From a virus (Duplodnaviria; Caudoviricetes): DNA of 64,000 nucleotides. The notes under the pieces were generated by a model. The model was not told the origin of the DNA. It saw only the letters and a list, made by a program, of their open reading frames with translations, and did not search any database. Every line of letters starts with the position of its first letter. The first letter of the stretch is position 1. The DNA lies in the IMG/VR virus record IMGVR_UViG_3300020037_008176, positions 1 to 64,000 of that record. One strand, 5' to 3'. The translations under genes were made by a program, and so were the position numbers. Below are positions 39,568 to 50,104 of this stretch, piece by piece.

Positions 39568-40656
39568 ATGACAAAAACAAGTGATAAAAATTCACTAATG
39601 GAAGCAGTCTCTAAAGAAATTAAATCTAAATTCGATTTAAATAAATTTAAAGAAAAAAAATCATTAGGTGGAAATGTAAAATTTAAAGAACAAACTTGGA
39701 TTCCTTTTTCCCCTGCATTGCAAGAAGCACTTTCTATTCCTGGAATAGCTGCAGGTCATATAAATATAGTACGTGGAGCTAGTAATACTGGTAAAACTAC
39801 TACATCTATTGAAGCAGCAGTTTCAGCCCAAAAAATGGGAATACTACCTGTTCTCATCATTACAGAGATGAAACATAGTTGGGACCATTGGAAAACTATG
39901 GGATTTGAAATTAATGAAATAAAAGACGAAAAAGGAAATGTAGTTGATTATGATGGGTTTTTTATCTATAAGGATAGAGGTAAATTATCTTCAATAGAAG
40001 ATGTTGCTGATTTTATTATTGATATTTTAGATGAACAAGCCAAAGGTAATTTACCATATGACTTATTATTTCTTTGGGATTCAGTAGGTTCTATTGCATG
40101 TAGAATGAGTATAGAACAAGGTAAAAATAATCCAATGTGGAATGCAGGAGCAATTGCTACTCAATTTGGAAATTTTATTAATCAAAGAATTATTTTATCT
40201 AGAAAAGAAGAAAGTAAATATACTAACACTTTTCTTATTATTAATAAAACTGGTGTATCCCCAGCAGAAGGTCCAATGGCTCGTCCTAGAATGACTAATA
40301 AAGGTGGAAATACATTTTATTATGATGCTTCATTATGTATTACTTTTGGTAATATTACTAATAGTGGTACTTCAAAAATAAAAGCAACAAAAGATAAGAA
40401 AGATGTTGAATTTGCTTTAAGAACCAAAGTAGCTTGTGATAAAAACCATGTAAATGGAATCACAACAAAAAATACAGTTATTAGTACAGTCCATGGTTTT
40501 ATTTCTGATGACCCTAAAGAAGTAAATAAATATAAAAAAGAACATTCACATGAATGGGCTGATATATTAGGAAAAGGAGAATATAAAACAGTTGAGGACA
40601 ACTCAGAATGGGATGAAAAAGCTGATATAACTGATATTGTAGAATCTGAAGATTAA
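39568..40656 (+). CDS. uvsX: RecA/UvsX-like recombinase
   Basis: GASNTGKTT Walker A, LFLWDSVGS Walker B, KGG...Y-AS, KNH. Confidence 0.88.
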   Translation: MTKTSDKNSLMEAVSKEIKSKFDLNKFKEKKSLGGNVKFKEQTWIPFSPALQEALSIPGIAAGHINIVRGASNTGKTTTSIEAAVSAQKMGILPVLIITEMKHSWDHWKTMGFEINEIKDEKGNVVDYDGFFIYKDRGKLSSIEDVADFIIDILDEQAKGNLPYDLLFLWDSVGSIACRMSIEQGKNNPMWNAGAIATQFGNFINQRIILSRKEESKYTNTFLIINKTGVSPAEGPMARPRMTNKGGNTFYYDASLCITFGNITNSGTSKIKATKDKKDVEFALRTKVACDKNHVNGITTKNTVISTVHGFISDDPKEVNKYKKEHSHEWADILGKGEYKTVEDNSEWDEKADITDIVESED

Positions 40657-40664
40657 AATGAATT

Positions 40665-41720
40665 ATGGACAGCAAAGATTTACTTAAATTACTCAATAAT
40701 ATTAAGGAAGTAGATGATACACCTACTCCAATTAATGAAAATGGAGAAAGGATTCTAATAATAGATGGGTTAAATCTATTCCTAAGAAATTTTGCAGTAC
40801 TTAATTATATCAATGATAAAGGTGTTCATATAGGAGGATTAGGTGGATTTTTACGTTCATTAGGTTCTTTGGTTAAACAAACACAACCAACTTCAATTTA
40901 TATTGTATTTGATGGGGTAGGTTCTTCTATAAACAGAAAGAATCTACTCCCCGAATACAAATCTGGAAGAAATATTAAACGAGTTAATAAAACCTCATTT
41001 AATGATATAGATAAAGAAAATGAATCTAAAACAGATCAAATCATCCACTTAATTTATTACTTAAAATGTCTCCCAGTTAAAATATTATCTGTGGATGGTT
41101 TAGAAGCAGATGATATAATAGCATTTTTGAGTACTGAAACAACCAAAACTAAAAAGAATAAAGCCTTTATTGTATCTTCGGATAAAGATTTTCTCCAATT
41201 AACAAATGATAATATCATGTTATATGCAGCTATGGAAAAAATTTTTTACACCCCAGAAAAGGTTAAAGAAAAATTTAATGTCCATTCATATAATTTTCTT
41301 ATCTATAAAACATTGATGGGAGATGACTCAGATAAAGTAGGTGGAGTTAAAGGATTAGGACAGAAAAAATTAGAAAAATACTTCCCAGAATTATTAGGAA
41401 ATGAAAAATTATCAATGGATCATATATATGATATATGTGCTAGTAGATATAAAGAACATATTATATACTGTAGAGCCTTAGAAAATTTTGATAATTTAAG
41501 AAAAGCTAATAAGATTATGGATTTAAGTAATCCAATGATGGATGAATCTGAAAAAGAATTTATTTTAGAACAAATTGCTTCTCCATCTTATAATTTAGAT
41601 ATACCCACATTTACTAAATTGTATAATCAAGACGGATTAGGAAATGTATTAAAAAATATAGATTATTGGTTAAGAGACAATTGGGTAACAATTGATAGAT
41701 ACAATAAAACAAAAAAATAG
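40665..41720 (+). CDS. 5'-3' exonuclease / flap endonuclease (RNase H-like)
   Basis: IIDGLN, VFDG, YKSGR, EADDII, SSDKDFLQL, LMGDDSD-V-GVKGLG. Confidence 0.95.
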   Translation: MDSKDLLKLLNNIKEVDDTPTPINENGERILIIDGLNLFLRNFAVLNYINDKGVHIGGLGGFLRSLGSLVKQTQPTSIYIVFDGVGSSINRKNLLPEYKSGRNIKRVNKTSFNDIDKENESKTDQIIHLIYYLKCLPVKILSVDGLEADDIIAFLSTETTKTKKNKAFIVSSDKDFLQLTNDNIMLYAAMEKIFYTPEKVKEKFNVHSYNFLIYKTLMGDDSDKVGGVKGLGQKKLEKYFPELLGNEKLSMDHIYDICASRYKEHIIYCRALENFDNLRKANKIMDLSNPMMDESEKEFILEQIASPSYNLDIPTFTKLYNQDGLGNVLKNIDYWLRDNWVTIDRYNKTKK

Positions 41721-41723
41721 ATT

Positions 41724-41918
41724 ATGACACCCAAAGAAAAAGCAGAAGAACTATATAAAAAAATGCTTGGAAATGATAGTTCAACCCATCCAAAAGTATT
41801 TGGTGAAGCAAAAAAATGTGCATTAATTGCGGTTAATGAAATAATTAAAGAACTCACATCAAATGATGTTTATGCAGATTATTGGTATGCTGTGGAAATT
41901 GAACTGAAAAAAATATAA
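41724..41918 (+). CDS. Small hypothetical protein
   Basis: MTPKEKAEEL...AKKCALIAVNEII...YW-x-V helical mini-protein. Confidence 0.65.
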   Translation: MTPKEKAEELYKKMLGNDSSTHPKVFGEAKKCALIAVNEIIKELTSNDVYADYWYAVEIELKKI

Positions 41919-41960
41919 TGGTTACCATACTTAACCATATTTATGATAAATAACATCAAT

Positions 41961-42659
41961 ATGGAATATAAAAAAATATACAATCAAATTATAGAACGTG
42001 CTAAAACACGTAAATTAGAAGGTTATAAAGAAAAACATCATATAATACCTAAATGTATTGGGGGTTTAGATATAAAAGAAAATTTAGTAGAATTAACAGC
42101 TCGAGAACATTTTTTATGCCACTTGTTACTTTGTGAAATATATCCAAAAGAATATAAACTTAAACATGCTGTATTTTTAATGGCTATAGGTAAACAAAAA
42201 CTAAAAAAAAATACATATGTTGTATGTTCACGGGTGTATGAACGATTAAAACAAGAACATTCTCAAATATTAATTGGAAAAAAACAAAGTGAAGAAACTA
42301 AGAATAAAAGAAGTAAAAGTAAAATTGGTTTTAAATACTCTGATGAAAGTAAACAAAAAATGAGTAATTCCAAAAAAGGGAAAAAATACTCAGAAGAACA
42401 CAAGAAAAATATTAGTAATTCCAAAAAAGGAAAAAATCGAAATATTACTTGGGGTGAAAAAATAAGTAACTCCAAAAAAGGAAAAAATAAAAAAGGTAAA
42501 CCAATAATGAAAATAGATATTAATACAAATGAAATAATAGAAATCTACTCTTCATTAAATGAAGCTATTAAGATGACAGGAATTAAAACAATATCTTTTA
42601 ATATTAGTGGAAAAACCAAAAAATCAGGTGGATTTATTTGGAAATATAAAAATAATTAA
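41961..42659 (+). CDS. HNH homing endonuclease with NUMOD3 repeats
   Basis: EKHHIIPKCIGG...NLVELTAREHFLCH; three SNSKKGK repeats; likely start MEYKK. Confidence 0.92.
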   Translation: MEYKKIYNQIIERAKTRKLEGYKEKHHIIPKCIGGLDIKENLVELTAREHFLCHLLLCEIYPKEYKLKHAVFLMAIGKQKLKKNTYVVCSRVYERLKQEHSQILIGKKQSEETKNKRSKSKIGFKYSDESKQKMSNSKKGKKYSEEHKKNISNSKKGKNRNITWGEKISNSKKGKNKKGKPIMKIDINTNEIIEIYSSLNEAIKMTGIKTISFNISGKTKKSGGFIWKYKNN

Positions 42660-42668
42660 TCATAATAT

Positions 42669-44045
42669 ATGGCAGCATTAAACTCTTTAGAAAATTACGG
42701 AATTGTTTTCCAAACCAAAGTCATTTCAGCATTATTAACTGATAAACCATTTCTCCAAACAGTTAATGATATTTTAGTAGAAGATGATTTTTCAAATTCT
42801 GCTCAAAAATGGATTGTTGGGGAAATAAATAAATACTACCAAAAATATAATTGTTCTCCAACAATGGAAGTTCTTAAAGTAGAAATGAAAAAAATTGGAA
42901 ATGATGTATTACAACTATCTATTAAAGAACAATTAAGAGAAGCATACCGATCCTCAGATGAATCAGATTTAACATATGTTAAAGAAGAATTTACTAATTT
43001 TTGTAAAAATCAACAATTAAAAAAAGCGCTTTTAAATTCGGTTGATTTATTAAAAGCAGGCGACTATGATTCCATTAGATCATTAGTTGATAATGCTTTA
43101 CGCTCTGGACAAAATAGAGATATTGGTACGGAATACGAAAAAGATATTGAAACTCGATATAGAGAAGATAATAGAACTCCAATTGCATTTCCTTGGAAAA
43201 CATTTAATAATATAACTCAAGGTGGATATGGTAAAGGAGATTTAGTTTTAATTTTTGGTAATCCAAAAGGAGGAAAATCTTGGGCTATTATAGCTATGGC
43301 TGCAGAAGCAGCTAGACAAGGATTTAATGTAGTTTATTATGCCTTAGAATTAGGAGAATCATATGTTGGTAAACGTTTTGATGCTTATTTTACAGGTATT
43401 CCTGTAGACCAATTAGACAAACATAGAGATAAAGTAGAAGAAATATTAGCAACAATCCCTGGAAAAATTATTATTAAAGGATACCCTCCAAAAAGAGCTT
43501 CATTAACTAATATTGAACACCATTTAGACCAACTTCAAAATCAAAATGATTTAAAAATAGATGCTGTATTTATTGATTACTTAGATTTATTAAAAAATAG
43601 AAATAAAAATAGAGTTGAAAGAAAAGATGATACAGATGATATCTTTACAGATGCTAAAGGATTAGCTAAGGAAAGAGATATTCCAATCATTTCCCCATCA
43701 CAAGCTAATCGTTCCGGAGCTGAAAAAGAAATTTTAGAAAGTAGTCATATTGCTGGTTCATTTGATAAATTAATGATAGGTGATATAGTAGTTTCATTAG
43801 CTAGAGGAAGAGTTGATAGATTAAATGGAACTGGAAGATGGCATTTTATGGGAAATAGATATGGTTCTGATGGAGTTACATATTTTTCAAAGATAGATAC
43901 ATCTACTGGACATATCGAAATAGAAGAAGAAGAATTTGATGTTCAATCTGCACCTGAAAATAGACCAAAACCAAGTGGAGAATTTGTAGATACAGATGAA
44001 AGAAATTTTTTAAAGAGAAAATTCTTTGAATTGGATAAAGTATAA
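42669..44045 (+). CDS. Replicative DnaB-like helicase (gp41-like)
   Basis: GNPKGGKS, LEL, FIDYLDLL, SQANRSG, NRYG. Confidence 0.93.
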   Translation: MAALNSLENYGIVFQTKVISALLTDKPFLQTVNDILVEDDFSNSAQKWIVGEINKYYQKYNCSPTMEVLKVEMKKIGNDVLQLSIKEQLREAYRSSDESDLTYVKEEFTNFCKNQQLKKALLNSVDLLKAGDYDSIRSLVDNALRSGQNRDIGTEYEKDIETRYREDNRTPIAFPWKTFNNITQGGYGKGDLVLIFGNPKGGKSWAIIAMAAEAARQGFNVVYYALELGESYVGKRFDAYFTGIPVDQLDKHRDKVEEILATIPGKIIIKGYPPKRASLTNIEHHLDQLQNQNDLKIDAVFIDYLDLLKNRNKNRVERKDDTDDIFTDAKGLAKERDIPIISPSQANRSGAEKEILESSHIAGSFDKLMIGDIVVSLARGRVDRLNGTGRWHFMGNRYGSDGVTYFSKIDTSTGHIEIEEEEFDVQSAPENRPKPSGEFVDTDERNFLKRKFFELDKV

Positions 44046-44092
44046 GATTTTTTAGATATTTATATAAGTTCAATTACACTAAAAAATTATTT

Positions 44093-45043
44093 ATGATCAC
44101 ATATCCCCGCATATTTTACAAACCCTTTGAATACCAACAAGCATTTGATTTTTATAAAGACCAACACAGAGCCCACTGGTTAGCTGATGAAGTACCTTTA
44201 GCCTCAGATTTAAATGATTGGAAATTAAAATTAAATGAATCCGAAAAAAATCTTATTGGAAATATTTTAAAATCTTTTGCTCAAACAGAAGTTCACGTAA
44301 ATGATTATTGGTCAACCAAAGTTTCATTATGGTTTCCAAAACCTGAAATACAAGCTATGGCTCGTGTTTTTGCTGATTTTGAAAGTATCCATGCCGAAGC
44401 ATATGCTCGTTTAAATGAAGAATTAGGTTTAGATGATTTCGCAGCATTTATGGAAGATGAAACTTCCAAAAATAAAATTGAAAGATTAATCGAAGTACCT
44501 GGTGATTCATTAGAGGAAAAAGCAATTTCATTAGCTATATTTTCAGCATTTACTGAAGGAGTTAATTTATTTTCTTCATTTGCTATATTAATGTCTTTTC
44601 AATTAAGAAATTTAATGAAAGGAACAGGACAAGTAGTAGAATGGAGTGTTAGAGATGAATCTTTACATTCAAAAGCTGGATGTTGGTTATTTAAAACATT
44701 AATAAAAGAAAACCCATCATTAGATAATGACCATTTGCGTATTAAAATAATGGAAGCTTGCGAATTATCAGTTCAATTAGAATTTGATTTTATTGATAAA
44801 GCATTTGAGATGGGAGATATTGAAGGGTTAAAAAAAGAGCAGTTAAAAGCATTTATTAAAGCAAGAGCTAATGAAAAAATGATTGAATTAGGTTATAATT
44901 CAATTTACAATGATATAGATCCTTCATTATTAAAACAAATGGAATGGTTTGGACATTTAACAAGTGGTAAAACCCACCAAGATTTCTTTGCTGGAAGAGT
45001 AACAAATTATTCAAAATCCACTTCAGATTGGAGTGATTTATAA
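44093..45043 (+). CDS. nrdB: Ribonucleotide reductase class I beta subunit
   Basis: YKPFEY, QTEVHV, ESIHAEAY, TEGVNLFSSF, RDESLH, DFF. Confidence 0.96.
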   Translation: MITYPRIFYKPFEYQQAFDFYKDQHRAHWLADEVPLASDLNDWKLKLNESEKNLIGNILKSFAQTEVHVNDYWSTKVSLWFPKPEIQAMARVFADFESIHAEAYARLNEELGLDDFAAFMEDETSKNKIERLIEVPGDSLEEKAISLAIFSAFTEGVNLFSSFAILMSFQLRNLMKGTGQVVEWSVRDESLHSKAGCWLFKTLIKENPSLDNDHLRIKIMEACELSVQLEFDFIDKAFEMGDIEGLKKEQLKAFIKARANEKMIELGYNSIYNDIDPSLLKQMEWFGHLTSGKTHQDFFAGRVTNYSKSTSDWSDL

Positions 45044-45061
45044 AATTAAAAAACAAATAAA

Positions 45062-46789
45062 ATGAGTAGTATAAATATAGATACAAGTAAATGGATAAAA
45101 GGTAAAAATTATCCTGAATGGTTAGATGAAATTGGGGTGAATATGATTTCTAAAGGATACTTACTCCCAGATGAAGATGTATTTGATGCATATAAAAGAG
45201 TAAGTAAAGCAGCTGCACGAAGATTAAAGAGAAAAGATTTACAACCATATTTTTTAGAAGCAATTGAAAAAAATTGGTTATGTCCTGCATCTCCAGTATT
45301 ATCAAATATGGGAACTGAAAGAGGAATGCCTATTTCATGTTTTGGAATTGATGTAGGAGATTCAATTGAAGGAATAGCAGATGCAAATTCAGAATTGATG
45401 AGATTATCATCTCAAGGTGGTGGAGTTGGAATTGGTTTATCTAGAATCAGAGGTAGAGGTAAATCTATTAAAGATAATGGGGTAAGTGAAGGAGTAGTTC
45501 CTTGGGCAAAAATTTATGATTCAACCATCTTAGCAACCAACCAAGGTTCAGTTCGTAGAGGAGCAGCTTCAGTTAATTTAGATATAAATCATCCTGATAT
45601 TGAAGAATTTTTAGGAATTAGAAGACCTAAAGGTGATGTAAATCGTCAATGTTTAAATTTAAATCAATGTGTTGTAATTGATGATGAATTTATGGATAAG
45701 CTTGAAAATAAAGATCCTAAATCATTAAAACTTTGGGGAGAAATCCTTAAAACTAGATTAGAAACAGGTCAACCATATATAATGTATAAGGATAACATAA
45801 ATAAAGCAAATCCTTTAGCATATAAAAATAATAATCTCCAAGTATCAATGACCAACATTTGTACTGAGATCGCTTTATATACCGATGAATTACATTCATT
45901 TATATGTTGTTTATCATCATTAAATTTATCTAGATGGGATGAATGGAAAGATTATAAATTTGAAAATGGTATGACTTTACCTGAATTATCAACTTGGTTT
46001 TTGGAAGGTGTACTTCAAGAATTTATTGATAGAGCTAAAAATATTAAATTTTTTGAAAATACAGTTCGTTCTGCTACAAAAGGTAGAGCCATTGGATTAG
46101 GAGTATTAGGATGGCACACATTTTTACAATCGAAAGGGTTACCATTTGTGGGTATTCAAGCTTCTTCTTATACTAGAATTATTTTTGAATTTATAGAAAA
46201 AGAAACATTAAAAGCATCTAAAGATCAAGCCATATTATATGGAGAACCAGAATGGTGTAAAGGTACAGGTTTAAGACATACACATCATTTAGCACCTGCT
46301 CCAACAGTTTCTAATGCTCATATTTCTGGTGGAGTTTCTCCATCAATAGAACCAATTCCAGCAAATGTTTATAATTTAAAAACAGCAAAAGGAACATTTA
46401 TTAAACGTAATAAAATTTTAGAAGAATTACTTGAAAAGAAAGGTTATAATATTGATAGTGTTTGGGAACAAATTTTAAAAGATCAAGGGTCGGTTTTTGG
46501 TTTACCTGATTATATTTTAACTGATGAAGAAAAAGAAATATTCTTAACTTTCAAAGAAATTAATCAATTAGAAATTGTTCGTCAAAATGCTATTCGTCAA
46601 AAATATGTTGACCAAGCTATTTCATTAAATTTATGTTTTGATCCAAATGATACTCCTAAATGGATTAGTCAAGTTCATAAAGAAGCTCACAAATTAGGTA
46701 TCAAAACATTATATTATTTAAGAACAGAGAGTGTTTTAAGAGGAGATAATTTACAAAGATTATCAGAATGCATCAGTTGTGAAGGATAA
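45062..46789 (+). CDS. nrdA: Ribonucleotide reductase class I alpha subunit, no ATP cone
   Basis: ISCF, GGGVG, QGSVRRGA, TNICTEI, CCLSS, APTVS, LYYLR, C-terminal CISCEG. Confidence 0.96.
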   Translation: MSSINIDTSKWIKGKNYPEWLDEIGVNMISKGYLLPDEDVFDAYKRVSKAAARRLKRKDLQPYFLEAIEKNWLCPASPVLSNMGTERGMPISCFGIDVGDSIEGIADANSELMRLSSQGGGVGIGLSRIRGRGKSIKDNGVSEGVVPWAKIYDSTILATNQGSVRRGAASVNLDINHPDIEEFLGIRRPKGDVNRQCLNLNQCVVIDDEFMDKLENKDPKSLKLWGEILKTRLETGQPYIMYKDNINKANPLAYKNNNLQVSMTNICTEIALYTDELHSFICCLSSLNLSRWDEWKDYKFENGMTLPELSTWFLEGVLQEFIDRAKNIKFFENTVRSATKGRAIGLGVLGWHTFLQSKGLPFVGIQASSYTRIIFEFIEKETLKASKDQAILYGEPEWCKGTGLRHTHHLAPAPTVSNAHISGGVSPSIEPIPANVYNLKTAKGTFIKRNKILEELLEKKGYNIDSVWEQILKDQGSVFGLPDYILTDEEKEIFLTFKEINQLEIVRQNAIRQKYVDQAISLNLCFDPNDTPKWISQVHKEAHKLGIKTLYYLRTESVLRGDNLQRLSECISCEG

Positions 46790-46851
46790 GTAATTTTAAG
46801 ATTTTTACAAAAAGATTTGAATTTAAAAAATTTTTTTCTTATATTTATATT

Positions 46852-47109
46852 ATGGAAAAAAGTTTAATAGTAGATAAATTTGATAAAAATCATAAATTTA
46901 TTAAAACTAGAACAATCCCCAATGGTCATGATTGTTGGGGAAACTATGAATATTATGATGAATATTATGTTTCCATTAAAGAAGGAAATTCATTCAAAAA
47001 TGAACATGTTTTTGAAAAAATGTTTATAATTCATAATAATAGAGAAGTAATAGCAACAGCTTTTGATTTTAATCTAGATAGAATATTAAAAGAATTAAAC
47101 GAGTTATGA
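46852..47109 (+). CDS. Hypothetical protein
   Basis: First ORF after promoter at 46816-46849. Confidence 0.55.
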   Translation: MEKSLIVDKFDKNHKFIKTRTIPNGHDCWGNYEYYDEYYVSIKEGNSFKNEHVFEKMFIIHNNREVIATAFDFNLDRILKELNEL

Positions 47110-47891
47110 TTAAAATTTCACACGAAGTACCATTAGTTTTATTAAAAAGAAGTAGAGAATTTAACGATTATGATTATTGCCTCCCTCATTTGATGGATCA
47201 ATATGAAGAATATCAAGATTTCTTTTTAGAATCTAGAGATAAAGGTCGCCACGTAATGATGGATAATTCATTACACGAATTAGGAGTTCCTTATCATGAA
47301 GAAAGATTATTTTATTGGTTAGATGAATTAAAACCTGCCGAATTTTTTATCCCTGATTATTGGGAAGAAAAAAACAGATCTATTGTATCAGCTAAAAAAT
47401 GGATACAATATCAATATTTATATCCTAATACTACTTTTATAGCAGTAGTTCAAGGAAAATCATTCCAAGATGCTGCTGAATGTTATATAGCATATAAGGA
47501 TTTTGGCTATCAAAAAATAGCTTTTTCATATGGAGCTTCTTATTATAATGATGTAAGTGCTCATCCTAATAAAGCTCTTGGAAAAGCCTTAGGAAGAATC
47601 CAAACAATCTCTAATTTAACATATGCTAATATAATTGATAAGAATGATAGAATACACCTTTTAGGTTGTTCAGTACCTCAAGAATTTGGATGGTATAAAG
47701 ATCTTCCATATATTGAATCAATAGATACCTCAAATCCAGTAATGGCAGGTATTGAAGGATTAGAATATTCAACAAGTGGTTTATATACAAAACCTACAGT
47801 AAACATGAATACTGTTTTTGAAAATAAAAGAGTAAATGTTGACTTGATTAAATACAATGTTAAAATGTTTAAACAAATAAATAATTTATAA
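47106..47891 (+). CDS. dpdA: TGT-fold guanine transglycosylase (DpdA-like)
   Basis: MMDNS, IPD, AVVQG, IHLLG, SIDTS motifs; heads the Que gene cluster. Confidence 0.75.
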   Translation: MIKISHEVPLVLLKRSREFNDYDYCLPHLMDQYEEYQDFFLESRDKGRHVMMDNSLHELGVPYHEERLFYWLDELKPAEFFIPDYWEEKNRSIVSAKKWIQYQYLYPNTTFIAVVQGKSFQDAAECYIAYKDFGYQKIAFSYGASYYNDVSAHPNKALGKALGRIQTISNLTYANIIDKNDRIHLLGCSVPQEFGWYKDLPYIESIDTSNPVMAGIEGLEYSTSGLYTKPTVNMNTVFENKRVNVDLIKYNVKMFKQINNL

Positions 47892-47892
47892 T

Positions 47893-48090
47893 ATGGAAAA
47901 CGAAAACTTTATTTCACTGTATGACTTTCTAGGAAGAGCTGCAGGTGGAGAATTAGGAAAAGAAGTATTTGCAAAAGCAAAAGAACAAAAACAACAATTT
48001 AAATCCAGAGATGTATCTAATAAAAAATACACTGGAAAAATCATATTATATAGAAGAGAATTTTTAAATTCATATTTTAATGGAAAATAA
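47893..48090 (+). CDS. Small hypothetical protein
   Basis: SLYDFLGRAAG-ELG-EV; between dpdA and queC. Confidence 0.6.
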   Translation: MENENFISLYDFLGRAAGGELGKEVFAKAKEQKQQFKSRDVSNKKYTGKIILYRREFLNSYFNGK

Positions 48091-49021
48091 AAAATATGCC
48101 GTAATATCATTAAGTGGAGGTATGGATAGTTCTACTTTATTACTTCGTTTATTAAGTGAAGGTTATGAAGTAACTGCTTTATCATTTGATTATGGTCAAA
48201 AACACAAAGTTGAATTAGAAAGAGCAACTGAATTAGTATATTTTATAAATAATAGACAGGCTGTAGTTTCAGATAAAAATGGAATTGGAGTAAATTATTA
48301 TTTTATTAAACACCAAATCATTAAATTGGATGGTTTGTCAAATTTACTAGTGAGTGGATTAGTAGATAATAATTCTATGGAAATGAAAACAGGACATTAC
48401 GCCCATGAAAATGCCCTTACAACTGTTGTTCCTAATCGAAACGCAATATTTTCAGCTATTACATATGCTGTTGCTTTATCTGTAGTGAAAAGAACAGGAA
48501 GATCATGTAATATAGCTTTAGGAACCCACATGGGTGATTTTGATAATAAAAAGCAAAGTGGGATTTACCCTGATTGTTCTGAAGAATTTAAACAAGCGAT
48601 TGAACATGCTTTTAAAATAGGAAATTGGGATTCTGATAAAGTAGATTATTACGCTCCATATAATATAACTGATAAAACAGGAGTATTAAAAGACGGAATT
48701 GAATGTTGTGAAAAATTAGGTTTAGATTATAAAGAAATTTATAAACGAACTAATACTAGTTATGCTCCTATTAGAGTAATCCTCCCAAGTTTAAAATCCC
48801 CAGATCCTAATGAAGAAATAGAATCTGGAGAAAGAGAAATATGGTACTCAGACTATAAATCAGGTTCAAGTATTGAACGTATAGAATCATTTATTAAGCT
48901 AGGATTAGAAGATTCAGTTCAATATGCTGAAGAAGATGGTACTTTAGTATCTTGGGAATTTGTTAAAGAATATGTTGAAAAAATTTGTGAGGAATGGGGG
49001 AAAAGTAAAGGAGACCATTGA
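48080..49021 (+). CDS. queC: 7-cyano-7-deazaguanine synthase
   Basis: SGGMDS PP-loop, FDYGQKH, TVVPNRN, YPDC. Confidence 0.95.
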   Translation: MENKKYAVISLSGGMDSSTLLLRLLSEGYEVTALSFDYGQKHKVELERATELVYFINNRQAVVSDKNGIGVNYYFIKHQIIKLDGLSNLLVSGLVDNNSMEMKTGHYAHENALTTVVPNRNAIFSAITYAVALSVVKRTGRSCNIALGTHMGDFDNKKQSGIYPDCSEEFKQAIEHAFKIGNWDSDKVDYYAPYNITDKTGVLKDGIECCEKLGLDYKEIYKRTNTSYAPIRVILPSLKSPDPNEEIESGEREIWYSDYKSGSSIERIESFIKLGLEDSVQYAEEDGTLVSWEFVKEYVEKICEEWGKSKGDH

Positions 49022-49061
49022 TTTTAATAAATTGTCCCCATATTTATAATAAAATATAATT

Positions 49062-49508
49062 ATGGAAAATCAAAAATGTTCAATTTGTAAAAATGAATTT
49101 CCTGCTACCTTAGAATATTTTGGTAAACACGGACGTAGAGGATTAGATACTTATTGTAAGGATTGTAGACATAAAAAAACAAAACAATATTACTATGACA
49201 ATAAGAAAAAAATGAAATCTCAATCTATAGCTTGGAAAAAATCCCAACGTCAAAAAATTAATGAGTATAAAGATTCTTTAAGTTGTTTAAAATGTAAAGA
49301 AAATAAAAATTGGCTTTTGGATTTTCATCATATTGATCCTTCTAAAAAAGATTTTCAAATAAGTCAAGGTGAAGCAAAAGGTTGGGAAAAAATAAAACAA
49401 GAAATAAAAAAATGTGTGGTTTTATGTTCAAATTGTCATAGAGATTTTCACTATTTAGAAAAATTAAATAATATAACAATCCAAGAATATTTGGATAACC
49501 AAATTTAA
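49062..49508 (+). CDS. HNH endonuclease
   Basis: CSIC...CKDC; CLKC...LDFHH...KCVVLCSNCHRDFH. Confidence 0.9.
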   Translation: MENQKCSICKNEFPATLEYFGKHGRRGLDTYCKDCRHKKTKQYYYDNKKKMKSQSIAWKKSQRQKINEYKDSLSCLKCKENKNWLLDFHHIDPSKKDFQISQGEAKGWEKIKQEIKKCVVLCSNCHRDFHYLEKLNNITIQEYLDNQI

Positions 49509-49541
49509 AAATATATTATTAACTCATAAAGATTAAAAATC

Positions 49542-49853
49542 ATGATTAACATTAATTGGATATTTGATAGTACTTGGGGTAATGGATTAAACCACGATTG
49601 GGAAGCCCTAAAAAAAGAAGGTACAGTAACTGAAACTACCGAAGAAAAAAATGGATTTAAAACCATTATAAAAACTTTTGTTTCATTTGATGGGGAGACA
49701 AAAATTACTTCATCCGAATCAATTTCTATAGTTGATGAAACTAAGAGTAAAATAAGTGAAATAAATAAACAAATTGAAACGGCTGTTAGAGATGAAAATT
49801 ATGAATTAGCTGCTCAATTGAAAAAAGAAAAAGAAACATTATTAAAAAAATAA
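49542..49853 (+). CDS. UVR (UvrB/C) domain protein
   Basis: C-terminal IETAVRDENYELAAQLK. Confidence 0.75.
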   Translation: MININWIFDSTWGNGLNHDWEALKKEGTVTETTEEKNGFKTIIKTFVSFDGETKITSSESISIVDETKSKISEINKQIETAVRDENYELAAQLKKEKETLLKK

Positions 49854-49855
49854 AT

Positions 49856-50104
49856 ATGAAACAAGTATTATACTTCTCAGCAAATTGGTGTTCTGCATGC
49901 CAATCAACAACCCCAAGTATTGACCAACTAAAAAAATCAGGTAGAGCTCAAGTAGCTAAAGTAGATACTGATTATGATATATCATTGGTAGAACAATATA
50001 GTGTAAAAAGTGTTCCTACTACCATTATTTTAGAAAATGGTAAAGAAATTAATAGACACACTGGAGCATTATCATTAGAACAATTAAATAATCTTATAAA
50101 ATAA
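49856..50104 (+). CDS. Thioredoxin
   Basis: FSANWCSAC, SVPT, G-E. Confidence 0.92.
   Translation: MKQVLYFSANWCSACQSTTPSIDQLKKSGRAQVAKVDTDYDISLVEQYSVKSVPTTIILENGKEINRHTGALSLEQLNNLIK

Noticed and set aside
42360-42490. Three ~51-nt spaced repeats (agtaa-tccaaaaaagg)
   Set aside because: They encode NUMOD3-type SNSKKGK repeats of the endonuclease, not an array
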